Below are positions 44,001-54,102 of a stretch of 64,000 nt of DNA, piece by piece. Made by a program: the position numbers and the translations under genes. Source of the stretch: Bacillota bacterium. Lineage in GTDB: Bacteria; Bacillota; Clostridia; Oscillospirales; Oscillospiraceae. The stretch lies in NCBI GenBank assembly GCA_021768085.1, contig JAETOJ010000013.1:2448-66447 (forward strand), in the 5' to 3' direction. Every line of letters starts with the position of its first letter. The first letter of the stretch is position 1. Under the pieces are notes generated by a model, which ran no database searches, was not told the origin of the DNA, and saw only the letters and a program-made list of their open reading frames with translations.

Positions 44001-45605
44001 ATGATCACAGTTACCGATTTGAGCTTAAACTACAGCGGCACGCCGCTGTTCGCCCACGTGGATCTACAGTTTGACCGGGGCAACTGCTACGGCATCATCG
44101 GCGCCAACGGCGCGGGCAAGTCCACCTTCCTGAAGATCCTCTCCGGCGAGCTGGACTCCACCTCTGGCGAGGTGTCCATACTGCCCAACGTGCGTATGTC
44201 CGTGCTGAAGCAGGATCAGAACGCCTATGATGCCTATCCCGTCATGGACACGGTGATCATGGGCAACCAGCGGCTGTATGACATCGGGAAGGAGAAGGAG
44301 GCCCTCTACGCCAAGGAGGAGATGACCGACGAGGACGGCCTGCTGGCCTGCCACCTGGAGGAGGAGTACGCCGAACTGGGGGGCTGGGAGGCGGAGAGCA
44401 ACGCCAGCCGGATCCTCCAGGGGCTGGGTGTGGGCACCGAGTTCCACGGGACGCTCATGGCGGAGCTGGATCCCCGGCTGAAGGTGAAGGTGCTGCTGGC
44501 CCAGGCCCTGTTCGGGGAGCCCGACCTGCTGATGATGGACGAGCCCACCAACAACCTGGACATCGACGCGGTGAACTGGCTGGAGGACTTCCTGCTGGAC
44601 TTCGAGGGCACCGTCATCGTAGTGTCCCATGACCGGCACTTCCTCAACACCGTGTGCACCCACATTGTGGACATCGACTACGGCAAGATCAAGATGTACG
44701 TGGGCAACTACGACTTCTGGTACGAGTCCTCCCAGTTGGTGCAGCAGCTTGTCAAAAATCAGAACAAGCGCAACGAGGAGAAGATCAAGGAGCTCCAGGA
44801 CTTCATCTCCCGGTTTTCCGCCAACAAGTCCAAGTCCAAGCAGGCCACCGCCCGGCGCAAGTTACTGGACAAGCTGACGGTGCAGGAGATGCCCGCCTCC
44901 TCCCGGCGCTACCCCTTCGTGGGCTTCACCCCCGACCGGGAGGTGGGCAAGGACATTCTGTTCGTTACCGACGTGTCCAAGACCATCGGCGGGGTGAAGG
45001 TGCTGGACAAGGTGTCCTTCATCGTGGGCCACGACGAGAAGATCGCCTTTGTGGGGGACAACGAGAACGCCCACACTGCCCTGTTCAAAATCCTGGCCGG
45101 GGAGCTGGAGCCGGACGAGGGCACGGTGAAGTGGGGTCAGACCGCCACCTTCTCCTACTTCCCCAAGGACAACACCCCCTATTTCCAGGACTGCGAGGAC
45201 GACCTGGTGCAGTGGCTGCGGCAGTTCTCCAAGGATCCCCAGGAGCAGTACCTCCGGGGCTTCCTGGGCCGAATGCTGTTCTCCGGGGAGGAGGTTAACA
45301 AGCCGGTGAAGGTGCTGTCCGGCGGGGAGAAAGTGCGGTGTATGCTGTCCCGGATGATGCTGTCCGGGGCCAACGTGCTCATGCTGGATCAGCCCACCAA
45401 CCACCTGGATCTGGAGTCCATCGCCGCGCTGAACAAGGGGCTGGAGGCGGTGGGCTGCAATGTGCTGGTGGCCTCCCACGACCACCAACTGATCCAGACC
45501 GTGTGCAACCGGGTGTTTGATTTCACCCCGGAGGGGAAGCTCATCGACAGCAAGACCACCTACGACGAATACCTGGCCCGCCAGCGGGAGCAGGGGGTCC
45601 TGTAA
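44001..45605 (+). CDS. ABC-F family ribosome-associated ATPase (YbiT/YkpA-like)
   Basis: Two ABC domains (GANGAGKST; DEPTNNLD; LSGGEKVR; DQPTNHLD) and no TM segments. Confidence 0.93.
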   Translation: MITVTDLSLNYSGTPLFAHVDLQFDRGNCYGIIGANGAGKSTFLKILSGELDSTSGEVSILPNVRMSVLKQDQNAYDAYPVMDTVIMGNQRLYDIGKEKEALYAKEEMTDEDGLLACHLEEEYAELGGWEAESNASRILQGLGVGTEFHGTLMAELDPRLKVKVLLAQALFGEPDLLMMDEPTNNLDIDAVNWLEDFLLDFEGTVIVVSHDRHFLNTVCTHIVDIDYGKIKMYVGNYDFWYESSQLVQQLVKNQNKRNEEKIKELQDFISRFSANKSKSKQATARRKLLDKLTVQEMPASSRRYPFVGFTPDREVGKDILFVTDVSKTIGGVKVLDKVSFIVGHDEKIAFVGDNENAHTALFKILAGELEPDEGTVKWGQTATFSYFPKDNTPYFQDCEDDLVQWLRQFSKDPQEQYLRGFLGRMLFSGEEVNKPVKVLSGGEKVRCMLSRMMLSGANVLMLDQPTNHLDLESIAALNKGLEAVGCNVLVASHDHQLIQTVCNRVFDFTPEGKLIDSKTTYDEYLARQREQGVL

Positions 45606-45712
45606 CCGGGCCAAATCCGCCCAAAAGAGCCAAAAAGCGGAAAACCGCTGGACTGCGCCCCTGGTTTTGGTGTATACTATATGGTAAAAAAGACCGTGGG
45701 AGGCCGTTCAAC

Positions 45713-46810
45713 TTGGAACTGACCCTGCAATCCCAACATGAATACGACAAGCTCCGATCCGGAGAGATGACCCCGGCCATGGCGGCGGAGTACCTCCGGG
45801 ACGGGAAGATCCGCACCCGGGGATTCGCCGAAACTCTGCGGCAGCTCTGCCCGGAGGGCAACCTCCAGGCCCGGATCACCGCCGCCCTCCAGGAGGACGA
45901 GCCGGAGGCCAACCCGGAATCGGTGGCCCGCCGGGTACGCAACTGGCTGTCCGGCCAGAACCAGCCCGTCAACCGGGAGGACATCTTCCGCATTGCCTTT
46001 GCCCTGGGGCTGAGCGAGGGGGACGCCAGCCTGCTGCTGGGGCTGTGCACGGGCTACGGCATCCATTACCGGGACGGCCGGGACGTGGTGTACGCCTGGT
46101 TTTTGCGGATGGGGCGGAGCTATGCCCAGGCCCGGGACTTCTTCGCCGATCTGCCCCCGGTGCCCAGGCCGGACAGCCCTCCGGAAACGGTGTCCAGCCA
46201 ACTGACCCACGAGCTGCAAAACCTCTTTCTGCGGGCCCAGACCCAGGAGGATCTGCGGGAGTGCTACATCGCCAGCCTGGACAAGCTGGGGGCGCTGCAT
46301 ATGCGGGCCTACTTCTACTTTGAGAAATACCTGGATCAGTTGGTGCGCCCAGCCCCCGCCTGGGGAGGCCTGCGGGAGCCGGACTACTCCATGGAGGCCA
46401 TCATGCGGCAGTATTTCTCCCTCCATATGCCCTCCGGCCGGAACCGGCAGGGCTATTCCGTGGTCCAGAAGCTGATCAAGCAGAACTGGCCCAACGCCAC
46501 CGCCCTAAAGAACATCCGCCAGCATAAGGAGGACGTGACCCGAAAGCTGCTCCTGCTGCTATACGTGGTGACGGAGAACGTGGTGGACGGGGAGTACCAT
46601 GAGATAGACGAGGAATACGTCAGCGCCCAGGAGCGGCTGGAGGATCACTGGTGGACGCTGAACGCCATTTTGAACGACTGCGGCATGCCCGCCCTGGATC
46701 TGCGCAACAGCTTCGACTGGCTGGTGGTGTACGCCATCACCGCCGAGGACGAGGCCATGAGCGAGCGGATGGAGCGGGTGATCGACGAGCTGTTTTCCGA
46801 TGTGAGATAA
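45713..46810 (+). CDS. Hypothetical protein with probable HTH-like DNA-binding region
   Basis: SVARRVRNWLSGQNQPVNREDIFRIAFALGL resembles an XRE-type HTH; codon style matches host genes; own terminator. Confidence 0.7.
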   Translation: MELTLQSQHEYDKLRSGEMTPAMAAEYLRDGKIRTRGFAETLRQLCPEGNLQARITAALQEDEPEANPESVARRVRNWLSGQNQPVNREDIFRIAFALGLSEGDASLLLGLCTGYGIHYRDGRDVVYAWFLRMGRSYAQARDFFADLPPVPRPDSPPETVSSQLTHELQNLFLRAQTQEDLRECYIASLDKLGALHMRAYFYFEKYLDQLVRPAPAWGGLREPDYSMEAIMRQYFSLHMPSGRNRQGYSVVQKLIKQNWPNATALKNIRQHKEDVTRKLLLLLYVVTENVVDGEYHEIDEEYVSAQERLEDHWWTLNAILNDCGMPALDLRNSFDWLVVYAITAEDEAMSERMERVIDELFSDVR

Positions 46811-46811
46811 C

Positions 46812-46848
46812 AAGCGCCCTCCCCCGGCAAGGCCGGGGGAGGGCGCTT
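46812..46848. terminator. Bidirectional terminator
   Basis: aagcgccctcccccggc-aag-gccgggggagggcgctt. Confidence 0.85.
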
Positions 46849-46884
46849 TCACGTCATAGGGGGGGGAGGGAACCGCGCCCAGGC

Positions 46885-47568
46885 TCATGCCGGAGGATAC
46901 TCCGTGCACAGCAGCCGGTAGGGGGGCTCGTCCTCCTCAATGACGGGGAACCGGCCCACAGGCGGGTTGAAGCGGTTGTCCGTGTTGTCGTCGTTGCACT
47001 GGCTCACCTCGCCGATGAGTACGTTGCCGGTGCCGGGCTCCACCTGGAAGTCGTGGTAGAGCCGGGGCTGAATGGAGATGCTCATGCCCGGCTCCAGCCG
47101 GAGCTGAGTGCCCGCCGGCACGGTGCGAACACAGCCGTCCAGATGAACCGTAACCTCACTCTCCCGGTCGATCTCCTCGTCGGTCAGGGAGTTGAACACC
47201 CGGATCAGCAGCACGCCGCCCCCACGGTTGATGATGTCCTCCATTTTGTACCAATGGAAGTGGTTGGGGGAATACTGGCCCTCCTTCAGAAACAGCAGCT
47301 TCTCTGCATAGGGCTTCCGGTACTTATCCGCCAATTTCAGGTTGCCGTTGCGCAGGGTGATCAGGGAGAAGCCCACCTCGTCAAAGCGGCCCAGGCCGTA
47401 GTCCGTGATGTCCCAGCCCAGCATATTGTCCCGAACCTCGTCATATTCGTGACCCTTGTGGGCCCAGTCCTCCGGCGTGAAGCGGCAGAAGGGGGGCAGG
47501 GCGAACCGGCAGTCCCGGATCATCCCCTCCATCTCCCGGAGGGCGGCGTTGATCTCGCTTCGTTTCAT
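46885..47568 (-). CDS. D-lyxose/D-mannose family sugar isomerase (cupin)
   Basis: MKRSEIN, GWDITDYG, YAEKLL, PNHFHWYKMEDIINRGGG, GEVSQCNDDNTDNRF motifs. Confidence 0.88.
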   Translation of the reverse strand: MKRSEINAALREMEGMIRDCRFALPPFCRFTPEDWAHKGHEYDEVRDNMLGWDITDYGLGRFDEVGFSLITLRNGNLKLADKYRKPYAEKLLFLKEGQYSPNHFHWYKMEDIINRGGGVLLIRVFNSLTDEEIDRESEVTVHLDGCVRTVPAGTQLRLEPGMSISIQPRLYHDFQVEPGTGNVLIGEVSQCNDDNTDNRFNPPVGRFPVIEEDEPPYRLLCTEYPPA

Positions 47569-47593
47569 CGTGTCAACCTTCCTTTCCGGCGGC

Positions 47594-48043
47594 TCACAGC
47601 CTGAATTTGACCACGGCCCGGCTCACCGGCATGGCCTCCCCCAGCTGCACCTTGACCATGTGGGCGTCCTCGGGGAATACGATGAGCACATCGTCCGCCG
47701 CCATGGAGTACCAGCTGCGCACCGGGCCCTCAAAGCCCAGGAAGTCCTCATCGTCCTTTCGGACAGTCTGGGTCAGCTCCGAGGCGTCGGACACGCCGAT
47801 CCGCTCCTGCCCCGTGATCATGATGTGGATGTCGCCATAGTGGGCATGGCCCTCCCAGGCGGCCTGTTTCTCCGGAATGGTGGTGTAGTCCAGCCGGTTG
47901 ATGTAGACGTTGTCGCCGTCCACCTCGTTGCGGCCCGGGGCCAGGCTGGCCAGATCTGCCTGGGCCAGGTGCCGGATGGCGGTGTCCAGGGCGGGGCACA
48001 GGCCCAGGTAGCGATCCAGGTGCGCGCGCTTCACATAGATCAT
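47594..48043 (-). CDS. YhcH/YjgK/YiaL family protein (NanQ-like)
   Basis: WEGHAHYGDIH and FPEDAHM motifs. Confidence 0.88.
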   Translation of the reverse strand: MIYVKRAHLDRYLGLCPALDTAIRHLAQADLASLAPGRNEVDGDNVYINRLDYTTIPEKQAAWEGHAHYGDIHIMITGQERIGVSDASELTQTVRKDDEDFLGFEGPVRSWYSMAADDVLIVFPEDAHMVKVQLGEAMPVSRAVVKFRL

Positions 48044-48247
48044 GGAAAAATTCTCCCTTCTTGACAGCGCGGCCCATGCCGGAAGGCGGTTTTGCCCCGG
48101 CAGATCCGCGGATTTCCATAAAAGGATAGCACAGTTTTCTCCGATTTTCAATAGCTTGCGGCACCGGATCCCGGTTGAGGTGAAAAGAAGTGCACAAGAG
48201 AGGGAGGGTACCCAACGGCAGAACTTGTAGAAAAAGTAAAATAATGT

Positions 48248-48276
48248 TTGACACTATGCGCAATATGGTGTATGAT
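48248..48276 (+). promoter_or_regulatory. SigA promoter of the Opp-type/NanA operon
   Basis: TTGACA-17 bp-TATGAT. Confidence 0.8.
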
Positions 48277-48379
48277 GAATACGTTGAGAGGCCGTTCTTT
48301 GGTGAAGTTGCCAAGAACGTCGGCCATCTCCTCTGACGGCTCAGGCCGCCACACGGAAAACCATAAGGAGGAAGAATTG

Positions 48380-50032
48380 ATGAAAAGAATTGCGTCTCTG
48401 CTGCTCGCCCTGTGCATGGTGCTTGCGCTGTGCGCCTGCGGCGGCACCCCCAGCGGCAACAACCCCAGCAATCCGCCGGCAAACAACAGCCAGTCCGGCG
48501 GGCAGCCCTCCGGCAATGAGGGCGTGGGCGGCACCGCCTACCCCAACCCCCTCCAGGACGTGCGCGTCCGTCAGGCCCTGTGGTATGCCATTGACATGGA
48601 CGCCATTGTGGACGGTCTGTGGAGCAACACCGTCATCGCCGCCCACAAGTCCCTGGTGCCTGAGGGCGCCTGGCAGGCGGACGGCCTAACCGAGTACAAG
48701 TACGACCCCGAGAAGGCCAAGGAACTGCTGGCTGAGGCGGGCTGGGACGGCAGCTACACCCTGAAGGCCGTCTACTACACCGGCAACCTGCTGGACACCA
48801 TCACCGCCATCAAGGGCTATTGGGAGGCCGTGGGTGTGAAGATGGAGTTCGATCTCCTCACCGACAACCTGACGGTTCTGCTGTGGACTCCCTCCCCCGA
48901 CGGCGTCAAGTCCGGTGTTGACTGGGATCTGTGCTTCGCGGGCACTAACGCCCTGACCCTGGGCGAGCTCTACAACCGCCACCACTCCACCGCCAACAAC
49001 AACTCCACCGTGCTGTGGGACAAGGATCTGGACGCCCTCATCGACAAGGCCAAGGTAGCGGTGACCACCGAGGATCAGAAGGCGGCCTACGACGCCATCC
49101 AGAAGTACGAGAACGAGAACGTGGAGACCATCCCCCTGTTCTACATCCCCTCCTGGATCATCACCTCCAAGCATCTGGACATGAAGGGCAACGCCCCCGG
49201 CAACGATCAGTTCTGCTATCAGAAGAACATTCTGGACTGGACCATCGACCGCGCCGACAAAACCATGTACACCAACACGGGCGCTGTCAATGCCCTGGAG
49301 CACACCGCCACCAACCCCGGCCTGTTCTGGCACCAGGAGATCGTGTTTGACCGTTTGCTGAACGCCGACACCAGCCTGACCGCCTCCGACGGGATGCTGG
49401 CCGAGAGCTATGACGTGTCCGATGACGGCAAGGTCATCACCTTCAAGCTCCGCGAGGGCGTGAAGTGGCACGACGGCGAGCCCTTTACTGCCGAGGATGT
49501 GAAGTGGACCTTCGAGTACTACTGCACCGTACCTGGCGCCAACACTGTGCTGACCGACGTCATTAACGATGCCTCCTCCATCGAGGTGGATGGGAACACC
49601 GTCACCTTCACCTTCAACAACCCGCAGCCCAACGCCCTGACTGTGTTCTCCCAGTGGTCCGTGCTGCCCAAGCACTGCCTGGAGAATGTGACCCCGGAGA
49701 ACTTCGCCGCCGACACCTTCTGGCAGAATCCCATCGGCACCGGCCCGTTCAAGGTGGAGAGCGTCAAGCTGGGCGAGTATACCACCCTGGTGCGCAACAA
49801 CGACTACTTCAAGCCTGGCACCGGCAATATCGAGAAGATCTATATGTATCCGTCCAGCGACGCGGGCGATGAAAACCTCATCACCAACGCCATGGCCGAC
49901 AAAATTGACTACGCCTTCTGTAAGGATTCCTCCCAGGTGCAGCAGGTGCAGGATATGGCCGGCTTCAATGTGGACACCGTCAATGTGACCTTCCCGCGGT
50001 ACATCTTCCTCAATATGTTTGAGCGCAGCTAA
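48380..50032 (+). CDS. Family 5 (Opp/Dpp-type) ABC solute-binding lipoprotein, circularly permuted
   Basis: Lipobox LALCAC; DVRVRQAL..AID and YDPEKAKELLAEAG come before LAESYDVSDDGKVITFKLREGVKWHDG and PIGTGPF. Confidence 0.88.
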   Translation: MKRIASLLLALCMVLALCACGGTPSGNNPSNPPANNSQSGGQPSGNEGVGGTAYPNPLQDVRVRQALWYAIDMDAIVDGLWSNTVIAAHKSLVPEGAWQADGLTEYKYDPEKAKELLAEAGWDGSYTLKAVYYTGNLLDTITAIKGYWEAVGVKMEFDLLTDNLTVLLWTPSPDGVKSGVDWDLCFAGTNALTLGELYNRHHSTANNNSTVLWDKDLDALIDKAKVAVTTEDQKAAYDAIQKYENENVETIPLFYIPSWIITSKHLDMKGNAPGNDQFCYQKNILDWTIDRADKTMYTNTGAVNALEHTATNPGLFWHQEIVFDRLLNADTSLTASDGMLAESYDVSDDGKVITFKLREGVKWHDGEPFTAEDVKWTFEYYCTVPGANTVLTDVINDASSIEVDGNTVTFTFNNPQPNALTVFSQWSVLPKHCLENVTPENFAADTFWQNPIGTGPFKVESVKLGEYTTLVRNNDYFKPGTGNIEKIYMYPSSDAGDENLITNAMADKIDYAFCKDSSQVQQVQDMAGFNVDTVNVTFPRYIFLNMFERS

Positions 50033-50051
50033 GTGACCTTGATGTGAAACG

Positions 50052-50082
50052 CACGGGGGCCGGCGTTTTGCCGGCCCCCGTG
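50052..50082 (+). terminator. Hairpin after the SBP gene
   Basis: cacgggggccggc-gtttt-gccggcccccgtg. Confidence 0.65.
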
Positions 50083-50138
50083 ATGTACTTCACAATGTAA
50101 ATTTTTAGAAAAGAAAGTTGGAGGAAAGGGGCGGTTCC

Positions 50139-51089
50139 ATGCTGAATTTTACACTGCGCAAGCTGATCGGAATGATTCCCATGCTGATCATCATCACCTT
50201 TCTGATCTACTGGGGGATCGAGCTGATGCCTGGCGACGTCATCGACTTTCTGATCCCCATGGATCAGCTGGCGGAAATGTCGGCGGAGGAAATCGCCGCC
50301 TTCAAGGCGGCCAAGGGGCTGGATGGCCCCATGATCGTCCGGTACCTGAGCTGGCTCAAGGACGTGTGTACCGGAAACCTGGGCTTTTCCCTGCAGAACA
50401 ATATGCCCGTGAGCGAGCTGATGATGCAGAAGCTGCCCGCCACCATTGAGCTGTCCCTGGCGGCGCTGGTGATCTCCACCGTGCTGGGCATCCTCCTGGG
50501 CGTAGTCTCCGCCCTGAAAAAGGGGAAGATCGCCGATAATGTGCTGACCGTGGCCGGCATGATCGGCGTGGCCATCCCCCAGTTCCTGTTTGGTATCTTC
50601 TGCATTATCCTGTTCTGCCTGACGCTGAACTGGTTCCCGGTGGGCCAGCGGGGGGACGGCGGGCTGCTCAGCGAGCTGCATCACCTGTTCTTACCCGCCT
50701 TTGTGCTGGGCATCTCCCAGACGGCGGGCGTCATGCGGTACTCCCGCTCCAGTATGCTGGACTCCATGAACCGGGACTATGTAAAGACCGCCCGGGCCAA
50801 GGGCCTGCCGGAGTGGAAGGTCAATATGTACCACGGCTTCCGTGTGGCCTGTACGCCCGTGATGGTGCTGATCGGTTTCCGTCTGCCCACCCTGATCAGC
50901 GGCGCCATCGTGATTGAGAACATTTTCCAGTGGCCCGGCGTGGGCCGTTGGTTTACCGACGCGATCAAGACCCAGAATACCCCCATCATTATGTCGGTTG
51001 GTTTATTTATGGTGCTGATGGTGCTGTTGTCCTCCCTGCTGGTGGACATCCTCACCGCAGTGCTCGACCCGAGGGTGAAGCTATCATGA
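50139..51089 (+). CDS. Opp/Dpp-type ABC permease (OppB-like)
   Basis: GNLGFS, PATIEL, DYVKTARAKGL, FQWPGVG, DPRVK motifs. Confidence 0.92.
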   Translation: MLNFTLRKLIGMIPMLIIITFLIYWGIELMPGDVIDFLIPMDQLAEMSAEEIAAFKAAKGLDGPMIVRYLSWLKDVCTGNLGFSLQNNMPVSELMMQKLPATIELSLAALVISTVLGILLGVVSALKKGKIADNVLTVAGMIGVAIPQFLFGIFCIILFCLTLNWFPVGQRGDGGLLSELHHLFLPAFVLGISQTAGVMRYSRSSMLDSMNRDYVKTARAKGLPEWKVNMYHGFRVACTPVMVLIGFRLPTLISGAIVIENIFQWPGVGRWFTDAIKTQNTPIIMSVGLFMVLMVLLSSLLVDILTAVLDPRVKLS

Positions 51090-52024
51090 ACATGAAAACG
51101 AAAAAAACGGCCCTTGACCGCAAGCTGGACAAAATTCGGGTTGCGGAAGAAAGCGGAAAGCTGGGCACCAAGCTGACCAACCGGACGCTGCGCAAGCTGA
51201 CGTCCAACAAGCTGGCGGTCTTCGGTGCGATCCTGTTTGTGGTGATCTGCGTGCTGTGCTTTGGCGCTCCCCTGTTCACCAGGTATTCCCCCACGGAGTT
51301 CTCCCTGACGGAGATCCAGGCGAAGCCCTCCCTGGCCCACATCTTCGGCACCGATCAGATGGGCCGGGATATCTGGAGTCGTATGCTCTACGGCGGCCGG
51401 ATCAGTATCATCGTCGGCCTGGGCAGCGCTCTGGGCGCCGCCCTGCTGGGGGTCACCCTGGGGATGTACGTGGGCTACCTGGGCGGATGGGTGGACAAGA
51501 TTTTGATGAAGCTCGCGGATATCTTCATGTCCATCCCCCAGATGGTGATGATCATCATCATCGTGGCCCTGGTGGGCCAAAGCCTGCAAAACCTGATCAT
51601 CATCTTTATCCTCACCGGCTGGCCCTCCATGTACCGTATGGCCCGGAGCAAGGTGCTCTCCCTCCGGGAGGAGGAATTCGTCCAGTCCCTGCGGGCCTTC
51701 GGCATCTCCCGGACGAAGATCGCCTTCAAGCATATGCTGCCCAACGCCCTGGGCCCCATTGTGGTGAACATCACCCTGTCCACCGCCATGTTCATCCTTC
51801 AGGAGGCGTCCCTGTCCGTGCTGAACTACGGCGTGCCCATGGAGCTGGCCACCTGGGGCAATATTATCAGCGTGATTACCAACTCTGGCACCATCCGGTT
51901 CGACTGGCTGGACAAGTGGTGGATGTGGCTGCCCTGCTCCATCATGCTGATCCTGTTTGTGCTGTCCATCAACTTCATCGGGGATGGTATGCGGGACGCG
52001 TCCGATCCCACCCAGATCGGCTGA
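51086..52024 (+). CDS. Opp/Dpp-type ABC permease (OppC-like)
   Basis: HIFGTDQMGRDIWSRMLYGGRISI; EEFVQSLRAFG; HMLPN motifs. Confidence 0.92.
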   Translation: MNMKTKKTALDRKLDKIRVAEESGKLGTKLTNRTLRKLTSNKLAVFGAILFVVICVLCFGAPLFTRYSPTEFSLTEIQAKPSLAHIFGTDQMGRDIWSRMLYGGRISIIVGLGSALGAALLGVTLGMYVGYLGGWVDKILMKLADIFMSIPQMVMIIIIVALVGQSLQNLIIIFILTGWPSMYRMARSKVLSLREEEFVQSLRAFGISRTKIAFKHMLPNALGPIVVNITLSTAMFILQEASLSVLNYGVPMELATWGNIISVITNSGTIRFDWLDKWWMWLPCSIMLILFVLSINFIGDGMRDASDPTQIG

Positions 52025-52037
52025 GAGGTGAACGAAT

Positions 52038-53063
52038 ATGAGTGAAAGCCAGAACAACGTCGTATTGAGCGTGAAGGATCTGCACGTCTATTTCTACACC
52101 AACCAGCGGTGCAACAAGGTGCTGCGGGGGGTCAGCTTCGACGTGAAGCGGGGCCGGACGCTGTGCATCGTGGGCGAGTCCGGCTGCGGCAAGTCGGTGA
52201 CCGCTAACTCCATCCTGCGCCTGCTGCCTGAACTGAGCCGCATTGAGGAGGGCTCCATCACCTACTACAAGGAGGATGGCACTGAGATCCGCCTGGATCA
52301 GCTGGAGAAGAACGGCAAGGAGATGCGCGCCATTCGAGGCCAGGACATCGCCATCATCTTCCAGGATCCCATGACCGCCCTGAACCCGGTGTTCACCGTG
52401 GGCTACCAGATTGAGGAGATGCTCCGCCAGCACAAGCCGGGGCTGTCCAAGGAGCAGTACAAGAAGGAGGCCATTGAGGATCTGGCCGACATGGGCATCC
52501 CCGCCCCAGACATCCGGTACGGCGAGTATCCCCACCAGTTCTCCGGCGGGATGCGGCAGCGCTCCATGATCGCCATGGGTATGTCCTGCGACCCCAAGAT
52601 CCTGTTGGCCGACGAGCCCACCACCGCTCTGGATGTGACCATCAGCGCTCAGATCTTCGACCTGATGAACGACCTGAAGCGGGAGCATGACACCGCCATC
52701 ATGATGATCACCCACAACATGGGCGTAGTGGCCGAGATGGCCGACGAGGTGGCCGTCATGTATATGGGCAACATCGTGGAGTACGGCCCGGTGGAGGACA
52801 TCTTCACCAACCCGGCCCACCCCTATACCAAGGCGCTGCTGCGCTCCATCCCCGTGCTGGGCAAGGGCAAGAATCAGCAGCTGGAGCCCATCCGGGGCTC
52901 CACGCCCGACCCCTTCAACCGCCCCAAGGGCTGCCAGTTCTGCCCCCGGTGCGACTATGCCTGCCCCCGCTGCGAGGAGGAGATGCCCGACGAGGAGTGG
53001 GTCAAGGAGGGGCACTATACCCGCTGCTTCAACTACAGGGAGGTGATGGCAGATGGCAAATAA
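52038..53063 (+). CDS. Opp/Dpp-type ABC ATPase (OppD-like)
   Basis: GESGCGKS, YPHQFSGGMRQR, DEPTTALD, HPYT, C-terminal Cys cluster. Confidence 0.94.
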   Translation: MSESQNNVVLSVKDLHVYFYTNQRCNKVLRGVSFDVKRGRTLCIVGESGCGKSVTANSILRLLPELSRIEEGSITYYKEDGTEIRLDQLEKNGKEMRAIRGQDIAIIFQDPMTALNPVFTVGYQIEEMLRQHKPGLSKEQYKKEAIEDLADMGIPAPDIRYGEYPHQFSGGMRQRSMIAMGMSCDPKILLADEPTTALDVTISAQIFDLMNDLKREHDTAIMMITHNMGVVAEMADEVAVMYMGNIVEYGPVEDIFTNPAHPYTKALLRSIPVLGKGKNQQLEPIRGSTPDPFNRPKGCQFCPRCDYACPRCEEEMPDEEWVKEGHYTRCFNYREVMADGK

Positions 53064-54102
53064 CGAGAAGGAGATCCTGCTGAAGGTGCGGGGGGCCAAG
53101 ACCTATTTCCCCATCAAGAAGGGCCTGATGAAGCGCACGGTGGGCTATGTGAAGGCGGTGGACGATATCAGCCTGGACGTGTACCGGGGCGAGACCCTGG
53201 GCCTGGTGGGCGAGTCCGGCTGCGGCAAGACCACCCTGGGCAAGTCCATCCTCCAGCTGGTGCCCGTCACCGAGGGCAGCATGGAGTATAAGTTTGAGGA
53301 CGGCTTCAAGGATCTGCGCAAGCTGCCCCGGAAGGAGCTGGATGACGCCCGGCAGAAGATCCAGATTGTGTTCCAGGACCCCTACTCCTCCCTGAACCCG
53401 GCCTTTACCATCTTCGGCTCCCTGGAGGATCCGCTGATCAAGTTCGGCATGAAGGATAAGCAGGAGCGAATCAAGAAGATCGGCGATCTGCTGGAGTCCG
53501 TCAACCTGCCTCGGGACTACATGACTCGTTATCCCAACGAGTTTTCCGGCGGACAGCGCCAGCGTATCGGCATTGCCCGGGCGCTGTCCGTGGGGCCGGA
53601 GCTCATCATTTGCGACGAGGCCGTGTCCGCTCTGGACGTGTCCATCCAGGCCCAGGTGCTGCGGCTGCTGAACCAGCTGAAGGAAGAATACAAGCTGACC
53701 TACATCTTCATCACCCACGACCTGTCGGTGGTGGAATACCTGGCCGACCGGATCGCGGTGATGTACCTGGGGCGCATTGTGGAGCTGACCACCTCGGAGG
53801 AGCTGTTCGCCAACACCCTGCACCCCTACACCAAGGCCCTGCTCAGCGCCATCCCCGTGGCCGATGTGGCCCAGAAGAAGCACCGCATCCCCCTCCAGGG
53901 GGACGTGCCCTCTCCGGCCAATCCGCCGTCTGGCTGCACCTTCCACCCCCGCTGTCCGGAGTGCCAGGAGCGGTGCAAGAACGAGCGGCCCGTGCTGGAG
54001 GAATATATCATTGACGGCGTTAGCCACTTTGTCTCCTGCCACAAGGTAAAGGAGATGATGGAGGCAAAGGGCGCGGTGAAAAAGGAGAGCGTATCAGAAT
54101 GA
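53053..54102 (+). CDS. Opp/Dpp-type ABC ATPase (OppF-like)
   Basis: GESGCGKT, YPNEFSGGQRQR, DEAVSALD, PSGCTFHPRC motifs. Confidence 0.94.
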   Translation: MANNEKEILLKVRGAKTYFPIKKGLMKRTVGYVKAVDDISLDVYRGETLGLVGESGCGKTTLGKSILQLVPVTEGSMEYKFEDGFKDLRKLPRKELDDARQKIQIVFQDPYSSLNPAFTIFGSLEDPLIKFGMKDKQERIKKIGDLLESVNLPRDYMTRYPNEFSGGQRQRIGIARALSVGPELIICDEAVSALDVSIQAQVLRLLNQLKEEYKLTYIFITHDLSVVEYLADRIAVMYLGRIVELTTSEELFANTLHPYTKALLSAIPVADVAQKKHRIPLQGDVPSPANPPSGCTFHPRCPECQERCKNERPVLEEYIIDGVSHFVSCHKVKEMMEAKGAVKKESVSE

